This document shows, in pieces, positions 33,101-40,539 of a stretch of DNA of 64,000 bases (positions are counted from its first letter, which is position 1; each line of letters starts with the position of its first letter). This DNA is from a virus: the IMG/VR virus record IMGVR_UViG_3300031857_000105, positions 1-64,000 of that record. One strand, written 5' to 3'. Made by a program: the position numbers and the translations under genes. The notes below the pieces were generated by a model. It was not told the DNA's origin. It saw only the letters and a list, made by a program, of their open reading frames with translations, and searched no databases.

Positions 33101-34389
33101 CAACCGCACAAGGCCGTACAAGAGTTGTTAATAATCAACTTTCTGAAATTAGAATGATTGAGCCTGGCAGCGGTTATCCACGTGGTAATGTAACCGCAAC
33201 AAGTACAACAAGTACTGGTACAATTACCGTTGATAGTACAATTAATTTAATAGCAAATCAACCAATTGTGTTTAATACTACAGTACATGGTAGTGTGGGC
33301 GGAATAACTCCAGGAGTATACTACTATGTCAAAGGTACACCGACAAGTACTACATTCCAAATATCCACAACACCTGGCGGATCAATATTTGCATTGACTT
33401 CGGCAACTGTTAGCGGAGTGACATACTTTGCCGGCCCAATTATTACTCAAACAGATCCTAACAAAGTTAATACTGCACCATTGGTTGCACGTATTGGTAA
33501 TGGTGCGTTAGGCAATCCAAGTTTTGCACACCGAGGCATTGCTAATACTACAGCAACCGCTAGTTATCAAGGTGACGGATATGCCGATTTGTATCAAGTT
33601 GGTACGTATATCAACGTAAGTGGATTATTTGACATTCCAAAACCTGGATGTAACGTTGTATTCTATAGCATTACTGGAACAAGTCGTTGGTATAAGCTAG
33701 TTAGCGTAACTAACGTGTTAGGTATCCCAGGAAACTACACAGCTACATTCCAGATTAATCCAGGACTTTCAACATTGTTAGCACCTGCACACAATGATTT
33801 AATTACAACAAATCTACAGTATAGTAACGTTCGTTTAACAGGACATGACTTCTTGTATATTGGAACTGGCGGATTCACTGCAACAAATTACCCGTATGTT
33901 GATGCAACTAAAGCAGTTCAAGCAAATCAACAGTTTGCTACCGGTGGCGGTCGAGTGTTCTTTACAAGTACTGACCAAGACGGTAACTTTAACGTAGGTA
34001 ACTTGTTTGGAGTTCAGCAGTCAACTGGTACTGCCACATTGAACGCTAGTGCGTTTAACTTGTCAGGACTACAGAGTTTGACACTTGGCTCGGTAAGTTT
34101 AGGAGTTGGCTCAGCTACAATTTTCCAGTTTAGTTCAGATCCGTATTTTACAGCTAATAGTGATGGTGTTGTACCTACACAGAAGGCTATTAAAGCGTAT
34201 ATTACAGCACAAATTGGTGGCGGTCAAAGCTCGCTGAACGTAAATACTATTACATCAGGACAGATATACATTGCTGGAAATCAGATAAGTAATACGAATA
34301 ATGTTCAAATTTACGTAGCAAGTAAAATGTTATTTACAGGTGGAATTGACGGAGCACCTGTTGCTCTTGCATTCTTTGGACAGAGATAA
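24115..34389 (+). CDS. Giant virion fibre/adhesin (3424 aa), paralog of 14765
   Basis: Shared N-term AEFK.GR, CBM-like repeats, GDELRS, SPY.QNLT, NDYT..ISDG.G.WC, C-terminal HDFL..GTG...NYP...TSTD..GNF.VG. Confidence 0.75.
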   Translation: MAEFKLGRIKFVYRGTWTANRSYNVDDVVTNGGKTYICVIGHTSTNTTAGFATDLAGGVGITKWNLIADGTTWRNNWASTTYYNLGDIVLWGGTVYVCKTAHTSQVYLEDDQSKWDLFSAGFKWLGAWATSTRYKVRDFVYYGGSTYVCNTQHTSASTNASGLENDISKWDIFNQGVTYLGNWSGSSVRYKLNDVVKFGADLWICTAYHTSTGTSIDTGNFATFVNGFEFEGSWSASNEYQEGDVVTYGGYTYTAIQNSGASDPKTPSTQTAYWKVFTSGLVYAGEWNSSTSYLIGNVVTLGSYTYVATADNAASKPPTLTATFTGSITGTALTTSAPTGTITVGMTITGGTVSAGTTIVSGSGSSWVVNNSQAVSSASLTGIITNPNWGQLSSGIRWAAAPNTTYTNVASSNLIATGSGSPTFTVTRSSTNYSVVIGSTAGTGYTVNDTLKILGNVLGGATPGNDLVVKVATITGGGATGPIGTVTVVTGYASTWKTGITYVIGDAVYYGNSSYICISAHIGSTSVNDPISDTTATYWNILASGADSGALTTQGDMVYYGVNGPTRLPIGSDGQVLRVDGNQPSWKYYGELQNIVYVASSGTDAIGNGQGLTLDKPWKTVGYACKQVEDGYQNRNAGLILQINKQFMMKEVNNYILTQYSFNVTGTASSGNTFVTGGTSTTSQVTTASMYYGMPITFSAATGGITVGTTYYVNTIPNSTTFTISDAYQSGITKTVGSSSAVASTASFAYVQSKAERDTGTVIDGIVFDLTHGGNLYTITATQAYFSTLTSYITTGTRQQAPVFAGALSYLKDILFPAVMSNSAPANNYQTIRSISVGDRAIQNISGVTTSDVESGSVARIQSLLGVITTSLSTGTYGNAPLLNRPNTTIYLKTGTYNEYGPIVVPQDTAIVGDELRSTIVQVAGPATYLGTDKPKTAAALNRLKTLLPDLISNTPITPTTTGTLFPNTKTQVTNLPVGDTGNTTAVNLVVNNTKIVQDMFSAGGVITGPTNPNYPNGLPYEPAISTPAVTGYNTSYLANYGDGVTLIRANYQYIKDEIVAFLNTDPTLTGAEQWVNYSSTYQAETKRDLGFILDAICYDMTYGSNSQSLIVGSSYYSLNTPQLFAPYLAGVLSSLNRLSTVIGQIVTKANVTESVGNTTTQNITGTAGSAAAAAFAQARVADILYWINNGTPDTSAATFTGSTSGTTLTVSGVSGTIKIGQIVTGGTIAAGTYITAGSGTSWTISVSQSATATGSTLDITPITSGAYALASTANKASFDAVQARAAEIAADATSWVAKFFQNESPIVSLTTRDAGYVVQALAYDLLFGSNFYSIQTGRSYNRLVSSVATLHSSLADSTYGAIGFVGERVKILASNGAVVQTNTVIDEMVAQIYGQPTNTATFNGTINGTQLVVNSAVTGTIAVGMQLTGTGIAPGTSIISGSGTTWLLNYNQSVSSTTTTIVNVSTTVTLNGQTFSNILTAGTTEGFVPGLAITITGALISNLVACTYYIKQVLSSTQFTVSESYLGSTFVINSNATGAMTAVVYGIYSGLGLTTDITASGTAIPVTTATTSTNLITITSNAGMIVDMPIVFTGLPANITTTATDITSSSITLGATVSSLGVVVGQKVWFTGFTPQATGTSSSIVSNQVYYVKTASASEITIAATLGGTALTLANATGLSLTATFNTAGGLVNGLQYWINSVTVGTYPAAGTTITVTESYKSGTAFVITDTVSGMSATAQVGMATDQGINQKITNGTVAPWNNPTGTYKSTNGYNNTLSTINGAEIIRANKNFLANELVAYILSQYVATVTTTAQDGTITCSGAHNLIVGDPVVFSGTIFDGQIFAEIVYWVLSTPTTNTFTITITQPGKGPQLVKTLAGASGSMTVSYYMTPTKCIRDAESYIEGLVYDLTVTGNYKATRFVQLYLSAQAGSITNNLFHLRNGTGLRNMTLNGMTGALTLPNALGTRRPTAGSYSSLDVGFGPTDSSVWISVRSPYTQNLTLFGSGCSGMKIDAALHSGGNKSIVANDYTTIISDGFGVWCTGSNALTELVSVFAYYSYAGYMAEYGGRIRATNGNSSYGTYGVIAEGIDSYEIPLYGRLNNRANPAYVTNVVTDGTDEILRIEFENAGSHYSNAIPTVNGAGYNIVTIQDEFRDSSVFETRLVDLNNGQGIGGSNYLTASNVAQTGTVGTITIANSDIQLSSAYVGMRIQLIAGTGVGQFANIIGYAQSSKLANIIRPNFATLTITTNNTTVFTVASTATMYVGQPIYLGAAIGGLNTETVYYVSTTSFSSTQFRVSTTAVGAAAGTGNVSLTATSATPAVTTASIIVGTTLTVGTLSSGVIYPGMLLSGGSVLPNTYIVANISGSGAGSTWTVSVSQNLSSTALTGTVSVPVYEAGWDHVVPGTTIQPLLDATSGYIIEPALSFTAPGFTSTAITMTAAAATTWAGLAFGQGTFVATSNATGVTSTAKTTDGITWAAGGALPTDASATWSAVEYGGGQNATATAIVGGIGGSGAILTAVLGSGNTAGQIIGITVVNGGYNYTTPPTIVITDATGAGATATARVLNGSIRAVDMIITGSLYANPIITVVTSSISSITAATWGSGYYAAPIVTIEPPFTATGWSSGGAVTAGNYYSAVDNTVSPNVTNYYLASGSGTTFSTTKPTFTNAVYGKSGFGAPGVFSTGFGTNVTLTYVGTLPVATANTNTNAAGYGVISYTVSQTGYGYATTPTITVTDPNAAFLAISTATSSAAYSTDQGANWSATGGTTGKTNLNALAYGNNLYLAVGGTSSASAVSLSGSLTGTWSDRSADITTNSSGYSAIAYGAGVFCAIGGTVSSFTAADPTKWYVGDSLTSKTWVDIAYGNGRFVALASDGTLQYTVNWQTKNWTTGPFAANNTWQTVSNNPLSANGVTTWKNISYGQGLFVAVATSSQAVAISPDGLNWTYYATGMPSSSNWTGLTFGNPIDATLGSVPTWVAVSNTSGKISTRIQTGATAQGRTRVVNNQLSEIRMIEPGSGYPRGNVTATSTTSTGTITVDSTINLIANQPIVFNTTVHGSVGGITPGVYYYVKGTPTSTTFQISTTPGGSIFALTSATVSGVTYFAGPIITQTDPNKVNTAPLVARIGNGALGNPSFAHRGIANTTATASYQGDGYADLYQVGTYINVSGLFDIPKPGCNVVFYSITGTSRWYKLVSVTNVLGIPGNYTATFQINPGLSTLLAPAHNDLITTNLQYSNVRLTGHDFLYIGTGGFTATNYPYVDATKAVQANQQFATGGGRVFFTSTDQDGNFNVGNLFGVQQSTGTATLNASAFNLSGLQSLTLGSVSLGVGSATIFQFSSDPYFTANSDGVVPTQKAIKAYITAQIGGGQSSLNVNTITSGQIYIAGNQISNTNNVQIYVASKMLFTGGIDGAPVALAFFGQR

Positions 34390-34415
34390 TTTAAAACAAA
34401 TTGGAGAAAACATAA

Positions 34416-34769
34416 ATGGCAACAGGAATTTTATATACAGGTACACTAACCTCAACAACGGCAACGACTGCCTACGTAGTACCAAGCACAACTTATAGCG
34501 TAGTTAATGTAAGTTTTACAAACACAGGAACTTCAGCCGCTACTATTCGATTGTATATTGGTGCAAGTTTAGGAACAGCTGGTTCAGTAACAGGTAGTCT
34601 TGTACCAAGTGAAGCAATTGAATATGATACTACTATTGCTCCTAAGGGTGTTTTTGAAAGAACGGGCCTAGTCTTAAGTAGTGTTTCAGGTGCAAAGTAT
34701 ATTACAGTTTATGCATCAACTGGTAACGTAAACGTAAACATTTACGGCATTGAAACATCAACAGTTTAA
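34416..34769 (+). CDS. Small beta-rich fibre-associated protein (family A, copy 3)
   Basis: 117 aa; YVVP.....VVNVSFTN...IEYDT.I...GVFERTGLVL. Confidence 0.6.
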   Translation: MATGILYTGTLTSTTATTAYVVPSTTYSVVNVSFTNTGTSAATIRLYIGASLGTAGSVTGSLVPSEAIEYDTTIAPKGVFERTGLVLSSVSGAKYITVYASTGNVNVNIYGIETSTV

Positions 34770-34787
34770 CATACAAGAGAGATAATA

Positions 34788-35906
34788 ATGGCACGTTATA
34801 ATACAATTATTCCAACAGCGACAGCGGCATCGGCTACGTCTATTACTTCGCCAAATTCAGGAGCTTTGGTTTCATTTACAGGAACCACATATTCTGTAAG
34901 TATTGGTGATCCTGTTTTGTTTTCCGGCCTATCGCAAATTTTTTATAATGCTGCCAGCGGAACAATAACTTTAACTTTTACCAGTGTGGGAGCTGGAGTA
35001 TTTGTTGGCCCAGGGGCTAGCGGTACTACAAGCCAATTACTAACAACTGGTTCCACGGTTACACTTTACTCTGACGGAACTAACTGGGTAGTACTCGGCG
35101 CCAGTGGCGGCCCAATATCAGGAAGCACTGGTTCATTTAGCGGTAACGTTACACTTAGCGGTACAACACCAACATTAAACTTAAACAATACTGCACCAAC
35201 TATTGCAACTAACAACTCTGGAAGTACTGCAAGTTTATTTGATAGCAATGCTACAACGGTAAATGCCTTTGGTGCGGCAACAACAATAACTGTTGGTGCA
35301 ACTACAGGTACCTTAAACTTACGTAATACCACAATCACTGCCGCCAATGCTACTACTCTTAATTTAAACGGTACTAGTCCTAGTATAGTTACTAGCAGTA
35401 CTGGTACAGGAAGTGTGTTTAATACTAACATTGGAACAGGAAACTTATTCGGATCTGCTACAACGGTTAACCTTGGCACTGGTGGTACAACTATTACCAT
35501 AGGTGCTAGCAGTAGTGGTACAGCTACTATAAGATTAACAACGGCTAGTTCAACAACTAGTAACGGAGCATTAGTTGTTGCCGGCGGTGTTGGAGTTGCA
35601 GGACAAGTTACCTGTGCAACACTAGTTGAAACTTCAAGTATTGCATTTAAAGAAAATGTACAACCATTAACAAATGCGTTAGACGTAGTTATGCAATTAA
35701 TGGGTGTTACATATGATCGTAAAGACAATAAGCGTCACGAAGCTGGTTTAATTGCAGAAGAAGTATTTAAATTTGCTCCTGAATTAGTTAGTTTAGATGC
35801 CGATGGCAAACCATACGGTATTCAATACACTAAGTTAGGCGCATACTTAGTTGAATCAATTAAAGTTTTAAAACAAGAAATTGATTTTTTAAAGAATAAG
35901 GAATAA
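34788..35906 (+). CDS. Tail fibre with C-terminal intramolecular chaperone (Peptidase S74-like) domain
   Basis: GALVVAGGVGV; SSIAFKENVQPL..AL..V.QL.GVTY...GLIAEEV...PELV......I.Y..L...LVESIK.L signature. Confidence 0.85.
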   Translation: MARYNTIIPTATAASATSITSPNSGALVSFTGTTYSVSIGDPVLFSGLSQIFYNAASGTITLTFTSVGAGVFVGPGASGTTSQLLTTGSTVTLYSDGTNWVVLGASGGPISGSTGSFSGNVTLSGTTPTLNLNNTAPTIATNNSGSTASLFDSNATTVNAFGAATTITVGATTGTLNLRNTTITAANATTLNLNGTSPSIVTSSTGTGSVFNTNIGTGNLFGSATTVNLGTGGTTITIGASSSGTATIRLTTASSTTSNGALVVAGGVGVAGQVTCATLVETSSIAFKENVQPLTNALDVVMQLMGVTYDRKDNKRHEAGLIAEEVFKFAPELVSLDADGKPYGIQYTKLGAYLVESIKVLKQEIDFLKNKE

Positions 35907-35910
35907 AAAC

Positions 35911-36342
35911 ATGGCAAATTTACAAGCAACAGATGTCGGCGGTACACTAACCTCGCTAAGGTTAGAAAATACAACTACTGTTAGTAAAACTTTACAATTA
36001 GCCGATCGAGATAGAGTAGTATCGTGTAACAACACATCATCAATTACAATTACTGTACCAGCAGACGGCACTGTTGCCTTTCCGGTAGGGTCAGTTGTAT
36101 ATATTAATAAAGTAAACAATGGGGCTGTACAACTAGCAGCCGAAGGTGGTGTGTCATTATCACGAACTGGTACACTTGCTCTAAATGAAGAAATGTTTGT
36201 AAGAAAAAGAGCTGCCAATACTTGGATAGTAGTAGATTCTGCAACTGCACTTACTTACACCGGCGGTACAGTTTCACAAGCTGGATCATTTACTGTAAGA
36301 TCATTCACCTCTGCAGGTGCTAGTACATTTACTATATCATAA
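35911..36342 (+). CDS. Fibre-associated structural protein
   Basis: ITITVP....VAFPVG motif; C-term TGGTVSQAGSFTVRSFTS resembles the N-term module of 36362. Confidence 0.6.
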   Translation: MANLQATDVGGTLTSLRLENTTTVSKTLQLADRDRVVSCNNTSSITITVPADGTVAFPVGSVVYINKVNNGAVQLAAEGGVSLSRTGTLALNEEMFVRKRAANTWIVVDSATALTYTGGTVSQAGSFTVRSFTSAGASTFTIS

Positions 36343-36361
36343 TTAATTTCACGAGGTCAAC

Positions 36362-37360
36362 ATGCCAATAATTAAAAGTTTAAGAAAAAAACACAATCCA
36401 AAAGAAAATGAAAACGTTTCTTACTCGCCGCCTTTAAAGATAACAGGCGGCGACAAGGTTTATACTGCGGGCGGATATACAGTACACATGTTCTTAACGC
36501 CAGGGCCGCACCAATTAAAAATTGAACCAGTCAAAGATCTTCCAAAAGAAATGATGGGTTTAATTGTAGATAGAACTTTAGAAGTGTTAATGGTGGGCGC
36601 AGGTGGTGCAGGTGGCGGTTATTCCGGTGGTGGTGGTGGTGGCGAAGTATTATACATTAGTCGAAATGTAGGAACTGGAACATTCCCGTTAAACGTTGCT
36701 CCGGCTACTAGTGGAGATAACGGTGCGTGGTCTGCTGCCAAGTGCGGAACAGGTACAACTGGTTTTGGAGAAACTGCTAAAGGCGGTGGCTCAGGAAGAG
36801 CATCAGACGATAGTATTCCTGCGAACCCTTACACTCCCGTTGCTAACGGTGGCGCAGGATCTTCAAGAACTGCTGGATATTTTGGACAACAAGGAACTTC
36901 AGTAGGTACTGGTGTTACTAGACATGGCGGCTTTAGAGGCGGCCAAGAAAACAGCCCAGCTAACGATGCTCCTAACTATCCAGGTCACGGTGGTGGTGGT
37001 GCTGGACAAAGTATTACTGGCAATACAGGTGGTGGTGGTAACGGTGGTGCTGGCGGCAGCGGAGTTTCATATAGTCTAACAGGAACTGCATTATTCTGGG
37101 GCGGTGGCGGCGGCGGCCAAACATACTACGGAGGCCAAGGCGGTGCAGGTGGTGCAGGTGGTGGTGCTGCCGGATCAGGTGGTAACGGCGGTAACAGCGG
37201 CGGCTCTGGATTAAATCCAGGTGGCAGTACTAATGCTGCCAGCTCAGGTGCGAGCGGCGGTGCAAATACTGGTGGTGGTGGTGGCAGTGGAAACGGACAA
37301 AACGGCAGTACTGGCGGCGGTGGCGGCTCCGGTGTTGTTATAGTTAGATATCCAACATAA
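36362..37360 (+). CDS. Glycine-rich fibre-tip/receptor-binding-like protein
   Basis: TGG....GGYTVH.F, VGAGGAGG...GGGGGG, ANTGGGGG...GGSGVVIVRY motifs typical of phage Gly-rich domains. Confidence 0.75.
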   Translation: MPIIKSLRKKHNPKENENVSYSPPLKITGGDKVYTAGGYTVHMFLTPGPHQLKIEPVKDLPKEMMGLIVDRTLEVLMVGAGGAGGGYSGGGGGGEVLYISRNVGTGTFPLNVAPATSGDNGAWSAAKCGTGTTGFGETAKGGGSGRASDDSIPANPYTPVANGGAGSSRTAGYFGQQGTSVGTGVTRHGGFRGGQENSPANDAPNYPGHGGGGAGQSITGNTGGGGNGGAGGSGVSYSLTGTALFWGGGGGGQTYYGGQGGAGGAGGGAAGSGGNGGNSGGSGLNPGGSTNAASSGASGGANTGGGGGSGNGQNGSTGGGGGSGVVIVRYPT

Positions 37361-37366
37361 CCTGCT

Positions 37367-37774
37367 ATGCCCCTTTACAAGACTAACAAAGATATTTTCA
37401 AAGACTTTGGAGAAGAAGTCTTTGATTATCGATTCAATAAAGAAACTCGATATATTTTAAAAACCAAAGACTGGGATTATAAACGAGAATTAAAAGTCGA
37501 AGATGTTGAAATATGGGAAGTATTGTTTGAAGATAGTTGGGGATTAGGTGTATATGCGGCTTATGAACCTTACGCTGAATTTTACATGATAAAATATGCA
37601 GATAGCACAGGTAATCATGTGTACGACACACATTATGGCGCAGGCGCACAAAATAAAATTATGCAATTTATGGTTTCAAACAACATACCTTTTAATCTAC
37701 ACGATGTATATGTTGATGAAGATAAAACCTGGTTGTACTTTTCAGAATCTGAAAAGAAAATTATTATTACTTAA
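37367..37774 (+). CDS. Hypothetical protein (DWDY family), paralog of 38240-38584
   Basis: DWDY......DV.IWE.L......G.Y....PY.EFY motif shared with the minus-strand ORF. Confidence 0.7.
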   Translation: MPLYKTNKDIFKDFGEEVFDYRFNKETRYILKTKDWDYKRELKVEDVEIWEVLFEDSWGLGVYAAYEPYAEFYMIKYADSTGNHVYDTHYGAGAQNKIMQFMVSNNIPFNLHDVYVDEDKTWLYFSESEKKIIIT

Positions 37775-37798
37775 CATAGAATTTACGGAGTTTACAAA

Positions 37799-37984
37799 AT
37801 GAACGAATCATTATTAGATTTAAATGACACAGATTTAGTCAGCGGTTATAGAGAAAATGTAACAAAGTTTTTAGCAGAACAGTCTAAAGATATATCAGAA
37901 CAAAATATAGAAGAACGAGATAGATTAAATCTTCTTCTTAGTACGTATATGGCTGAAATAGTTAAAAGAAATATTGTACTATAA
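37799..37984 (+). CDS. Small hypothetical protein
   Basis: 61 aa, SD GGAG upstream. Confidence 0.5.
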   Translation: MNESLLDLNDTDLVSGYRENVTKFLAEQSKDISEQNIEERDRLNLLLSTYMAEIVKRNIVL

Positions 37985-38245
37985 ATGATGGAAGATAATA
38001 ATTTTTGTATTCCGTTGTTTGACAATGAAAAATTATTATCTCCAGCGTTTATTAAATCAAAAAGGTGGATTGTAAATACTTGCAAAGAAGAAATTTTAGC
38101 AAGCTCTAGCAAACACGTATGTTTTGAAAATCTTTTTCAAAAAAAGTTTAAAGCAGTTTTAACACCAAGTTGCTCCACCGGATGGCAGCAGATTGAATTT
38201 ACAAATCAAAAAGACAAGTCTATTTTTCTACTGACCTGGTTATAA
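37985..38245 (+). CDS. Small hypothetical protein
   Basis: 86 aa abutting previous ORF; ends with F......FLL.W motif common in small phage proteins. Confidence 0.5.
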   Translation: MMEDNNFCIPLFDNEKLLSPAFIKSKRWIVNTCKEEILASSSKHVCFENLFQKKFKAVLTPSCSTGWQQIEFTNQKDKSIFLLTWL

Positions 38246-38584
38246 ATTTATAGAGTTTATTGGTAAAACAATTTCGCACTGATCTAAATATCTTTTTAAT
38301 TCATCGTGCGAATTTAACCCATAAAAAGTTTTAAATCTTCTAGAGTCTACAAAATCATAGTAGACCAACAGATAGAATTCAACATACGGATTCCAAGAAG
38401 AATAAATTCCAATATTATATGGATCTGTATACAATTCCTCCCATATTTTTACATCGTCTATTGTAATTGATTGAGAATAGTCCCAATCAACAGTAATAAT
38501 TGGCGGCGAGTTGTTTTGTATACACAGATCACTAGTTGTTCCGTTATTTAGAAACAAGTGATCTTTTAATACTAGTCTATTCAT
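38240..38584 (-). CDS. Hypothetical protein (DWDY family), inverted paralog of 37367
   Basis: DWDYSQSITIDDVKIWEELY...GIYSSWNPYVEFY; start taken at ATG 38584 (track begins at 38602). Confidence 0.7.
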   Translation of the reverse strand: MNRLVLKDHLFLNNGTTSDLCIQNNSPPIITVDWDYSQSITIDDVKIWEELYTDPYNIGIYSSWNPYVEFYLLVYYDFVDSRRFKTFYGLNSHDELKRYLDQCEIVLPINSINL

Positions 38585-38605
38585 GATTAAAGATGCCCTC
38601 AAATG

Positions 38606-38618
38606 TATTTAATAAATA
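38606..38618. promoter_or_regulatory. Back-to-back divergent late promoter cores (TATTTA-A-TAAATA)
   Basis: TAAATA on minus strand at 38606-38611 and on plus strand at 38613-38618, between divergent ORFs. Confidence 0.55.
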
Positions 38619-38625
38619 TTTTCGT

Positions 38626-39249
38626 ATGCAAACTCCAAACAGAATACACTCATGGTTTTCAACTACTATATATTATGAAGAAATTCCAAATGAGCCACTA
38701 GTATTAAAATTAACTAGTAAGGCTCTGGAATTAAAAAAAATATACACTAGTAGTGCTACTGCTTGGCGATGCAGTACATTTAACACTTTAGATTTATACA
38801 ATTGGGAAACAGACCAAGATCCTAGTGTATTAGAATTGATAGAAAAGTGTGCTAGAAATGTAGGAGATTTTGCTCAATCTTTTTCTTCTGTCCCGCTAGA
38901 TAATTATGAATTAGCTTGTACAGGATTTTGGTTTAATGTTGCAGAACCCGGTGCATACCAAGAGTATCATCAACATGCTAGTAGTCATTTTAGCCTTTGC
39001 TACTACTTGAACGTGCCAAAAAAATCTGGAAATATTGTTTTTAAAAGTTTTGAGTCAATGTTTGACATGTGCCCGTTACCTATACCGGATCAGTACGTAA
39101 ATACAAATTCTTATAAAACAGTATCTTATACACCATCAGCGGGATCACTTTTAATTTTTAGATCAAATGTATTACATATGGTTGAACAAAATCTTAGCGA
39201 TGAGAATCGAATCAGCATTTCTATGAACTTTAATCTAATTAAAAAATGA
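38626..39249 (+). CDS. 2OG-Fe(II) oxygenase, TIGR02466-like (HxH)
   Basis: WFNV..PG.YQEYHQH..HFS..YY..VP...G.LLIF.S...H.V..N.S...RISISMN; probable start at 38626 (track gives 38593). Confidence 0.85.
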   Translation: MQTPNRIHSWFSTTIYYEEIPNEPLVLKLTSKALELKKIYTSSATAWRCSTFNTLDLYNWETDQDPSVLELIEKCARNVGDFAQSFSSVPLDNYELACTGFWFNVAEPGAYQEYHQHASSHFSLCYYLNVPKKSGNIVFKSFESMFDMCPLPIPDQYVNTNSYKTVSYTPSAGSLLIFRSNVLHMVEQNLSDENRISISMNFNLIKK

Positions 39250-39914
39250 TACATTTTCCTGCAATTTGCGTAGATAATTTTTACAGTGACCCGGATCGTA
39301 TTAGAGAATGGGCACTATCTCTTGACTATAGCCCAGCACCAAACGGAAACTGGCCTGGAAAGCGATCAGAAAAATTACACTTAGTTGATCCTAAATTTTT
39401 TCAAGATTTTTGTAGTAAGATATTTTCTTTGTATTTTGATATGGATAGCACTGATATAAAATGGGTAGTGCATACACAATTTCAGCTTATCGAACCGTAC
39501 GACCAAGATCCTAATTCAAAAAAAAATACTGGTTGGATACACTACGACGATGATACTATATTTGGTGGTCTTATATATTTAAATCCAGACATAGATACAA
39601 ATTGCGGAACGTCTGTATTTAGACAAGATAGAGAATCTATATCAAATGCTGATTTTAAAGAAGCAAAGCAAACTTTTTATATGTCAAAACGATATGCAAA
39701 TTACGAAAATGTATTAACTGAGCATAACAATAATTTTACAGAAACTATAGTTTTTAAAAATTTATACAATAGATTTATAAGTTTTGACGGCGAAACAGCG
39801 CACAAGGCAAATAGTTTTTTTACAGAAATTCCTAGACTGACTCAAGTGTTCTTCGTAGCTAAGTGTGACACTAATTCAACTTGGCCAATTGCTAGGCATC
39901 AGAGGTATCTTTAA
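39246..39914 (+). CDS. 2OG-Fe(II) oxygenase-like (DUF6445-like, HxD)
   Basis: VDNFY.DPD.IR...PG.RS, WIHYD, LIYLNP...GTS, NR...F.....H...RLTQVFF. Confidence 0.75.
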   Translation: MIHFPAICVDNFYSDPDRIREWALSLDYSPAPNGNWPGKRSEKLHLVDPKFFQDFCSKIFSLYFDMDSTDIKWVVHTQFQLIEPYDQDPNSKKNTGWIHYDDDTIFGGLIYLNPDIDTNCGTSVFRQDRESISNADFKEAKQTFYMSKRYANYENVLTEHNNNFTETIVFKNLYNRFISFDGETAHKANSFFTEIPRLTQVFFVAKCDTNSTWPIARHQRYL

Positions 39915-39915
39915 A

Positions 39916-40539
39916 ATGGATGTTATAATGGAATTCACTACTCCTGTTGGAATGTTTTATTCTAGCAAGGATCTGGGCCAGCGCACATATGATGAAGTTT
40001 TAAAAATCATAGACAATCAAAATGAAGATGTGTTTGTTTACCAAAATATTTCAAAAACTACACCAGACAATTTACATTTAAGACCAGAGTTTTCAGAATT
40101 TTTAAAATTTCTCGAAGATAAAACAAAAGCATTTTCTGAAGAAGTTTTAGGTGTTCGAATGACTGACTTATCCATAAGCGGCATGTGGAGTAACGTACAT
40201 ACTCCCGGTTCAAAACATCACAATCACCAGCATCCAAATTCTTTTATTTCAGGTGTGTATTATCCGGTTTGCCCTGACTGCGAAGATATTGGAAATATTA
40301 TTTTTGTAGATCCAAGGCAAGCAAAAAATATGGTCCAGGCAGATTTTTTTAAATCGTCTTGCATATCAAATAGAAATATTTGGGTAACTCCTGAGTCTGG
40401 ATTATTATTAATTTTTCCTAGCTGGCTTGAGCACGGAACTGATCCGTTTATAGCTAACCCGGAAGATAAACGAGTATCTATAAGTTTTAACTATCAACTA
40501 AAAAAATGTGATCAAAAAACAATGAGAATTTATGAATAG
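39916..40539 (+). CDS. 2OG-Fe(II) oxygenase, TIGR02466-like (HxH)
   Basis: MWSNV..PG..H..HQHPNSFISGVYY...F.DPR...LLIFPSWLEH...RVSISFN; probable start at 39916. Confidence 0.9.
   Translation: MDVIMEFTTPVGMFYSSKDLGQRTYDEVLKIIDNQNEDVFVYQNISKTTPDNLHLRPEFSEFLKFLEDKTKAFSEEVLGVRMTDLSISGMWSNVHTPGSKHHNHQHPNSFISGVYYPVCPDCEDIGNIIFVDPRQAKNMVQADFFKSSCISNRNIWVTPESGLLLIFPSWLEHGTDPFIANPEDKRVSISFNYQLKKCDQKTMRIYE

Noticed and set aside
36590-37340. GGT/GGC trinucleotide runs resembling a repeat array
   Set aside because: They simply encode the poly-Gly of the Gly-rich protein; no spacer-repeat structure
6697-37360. Diversity-generating retroelement acting on the fibres
   Set aside because: No reverse transcriptase, and no near-identical TR/VR pair differing at adenines was noticed; paralogs are diverged at DNA level
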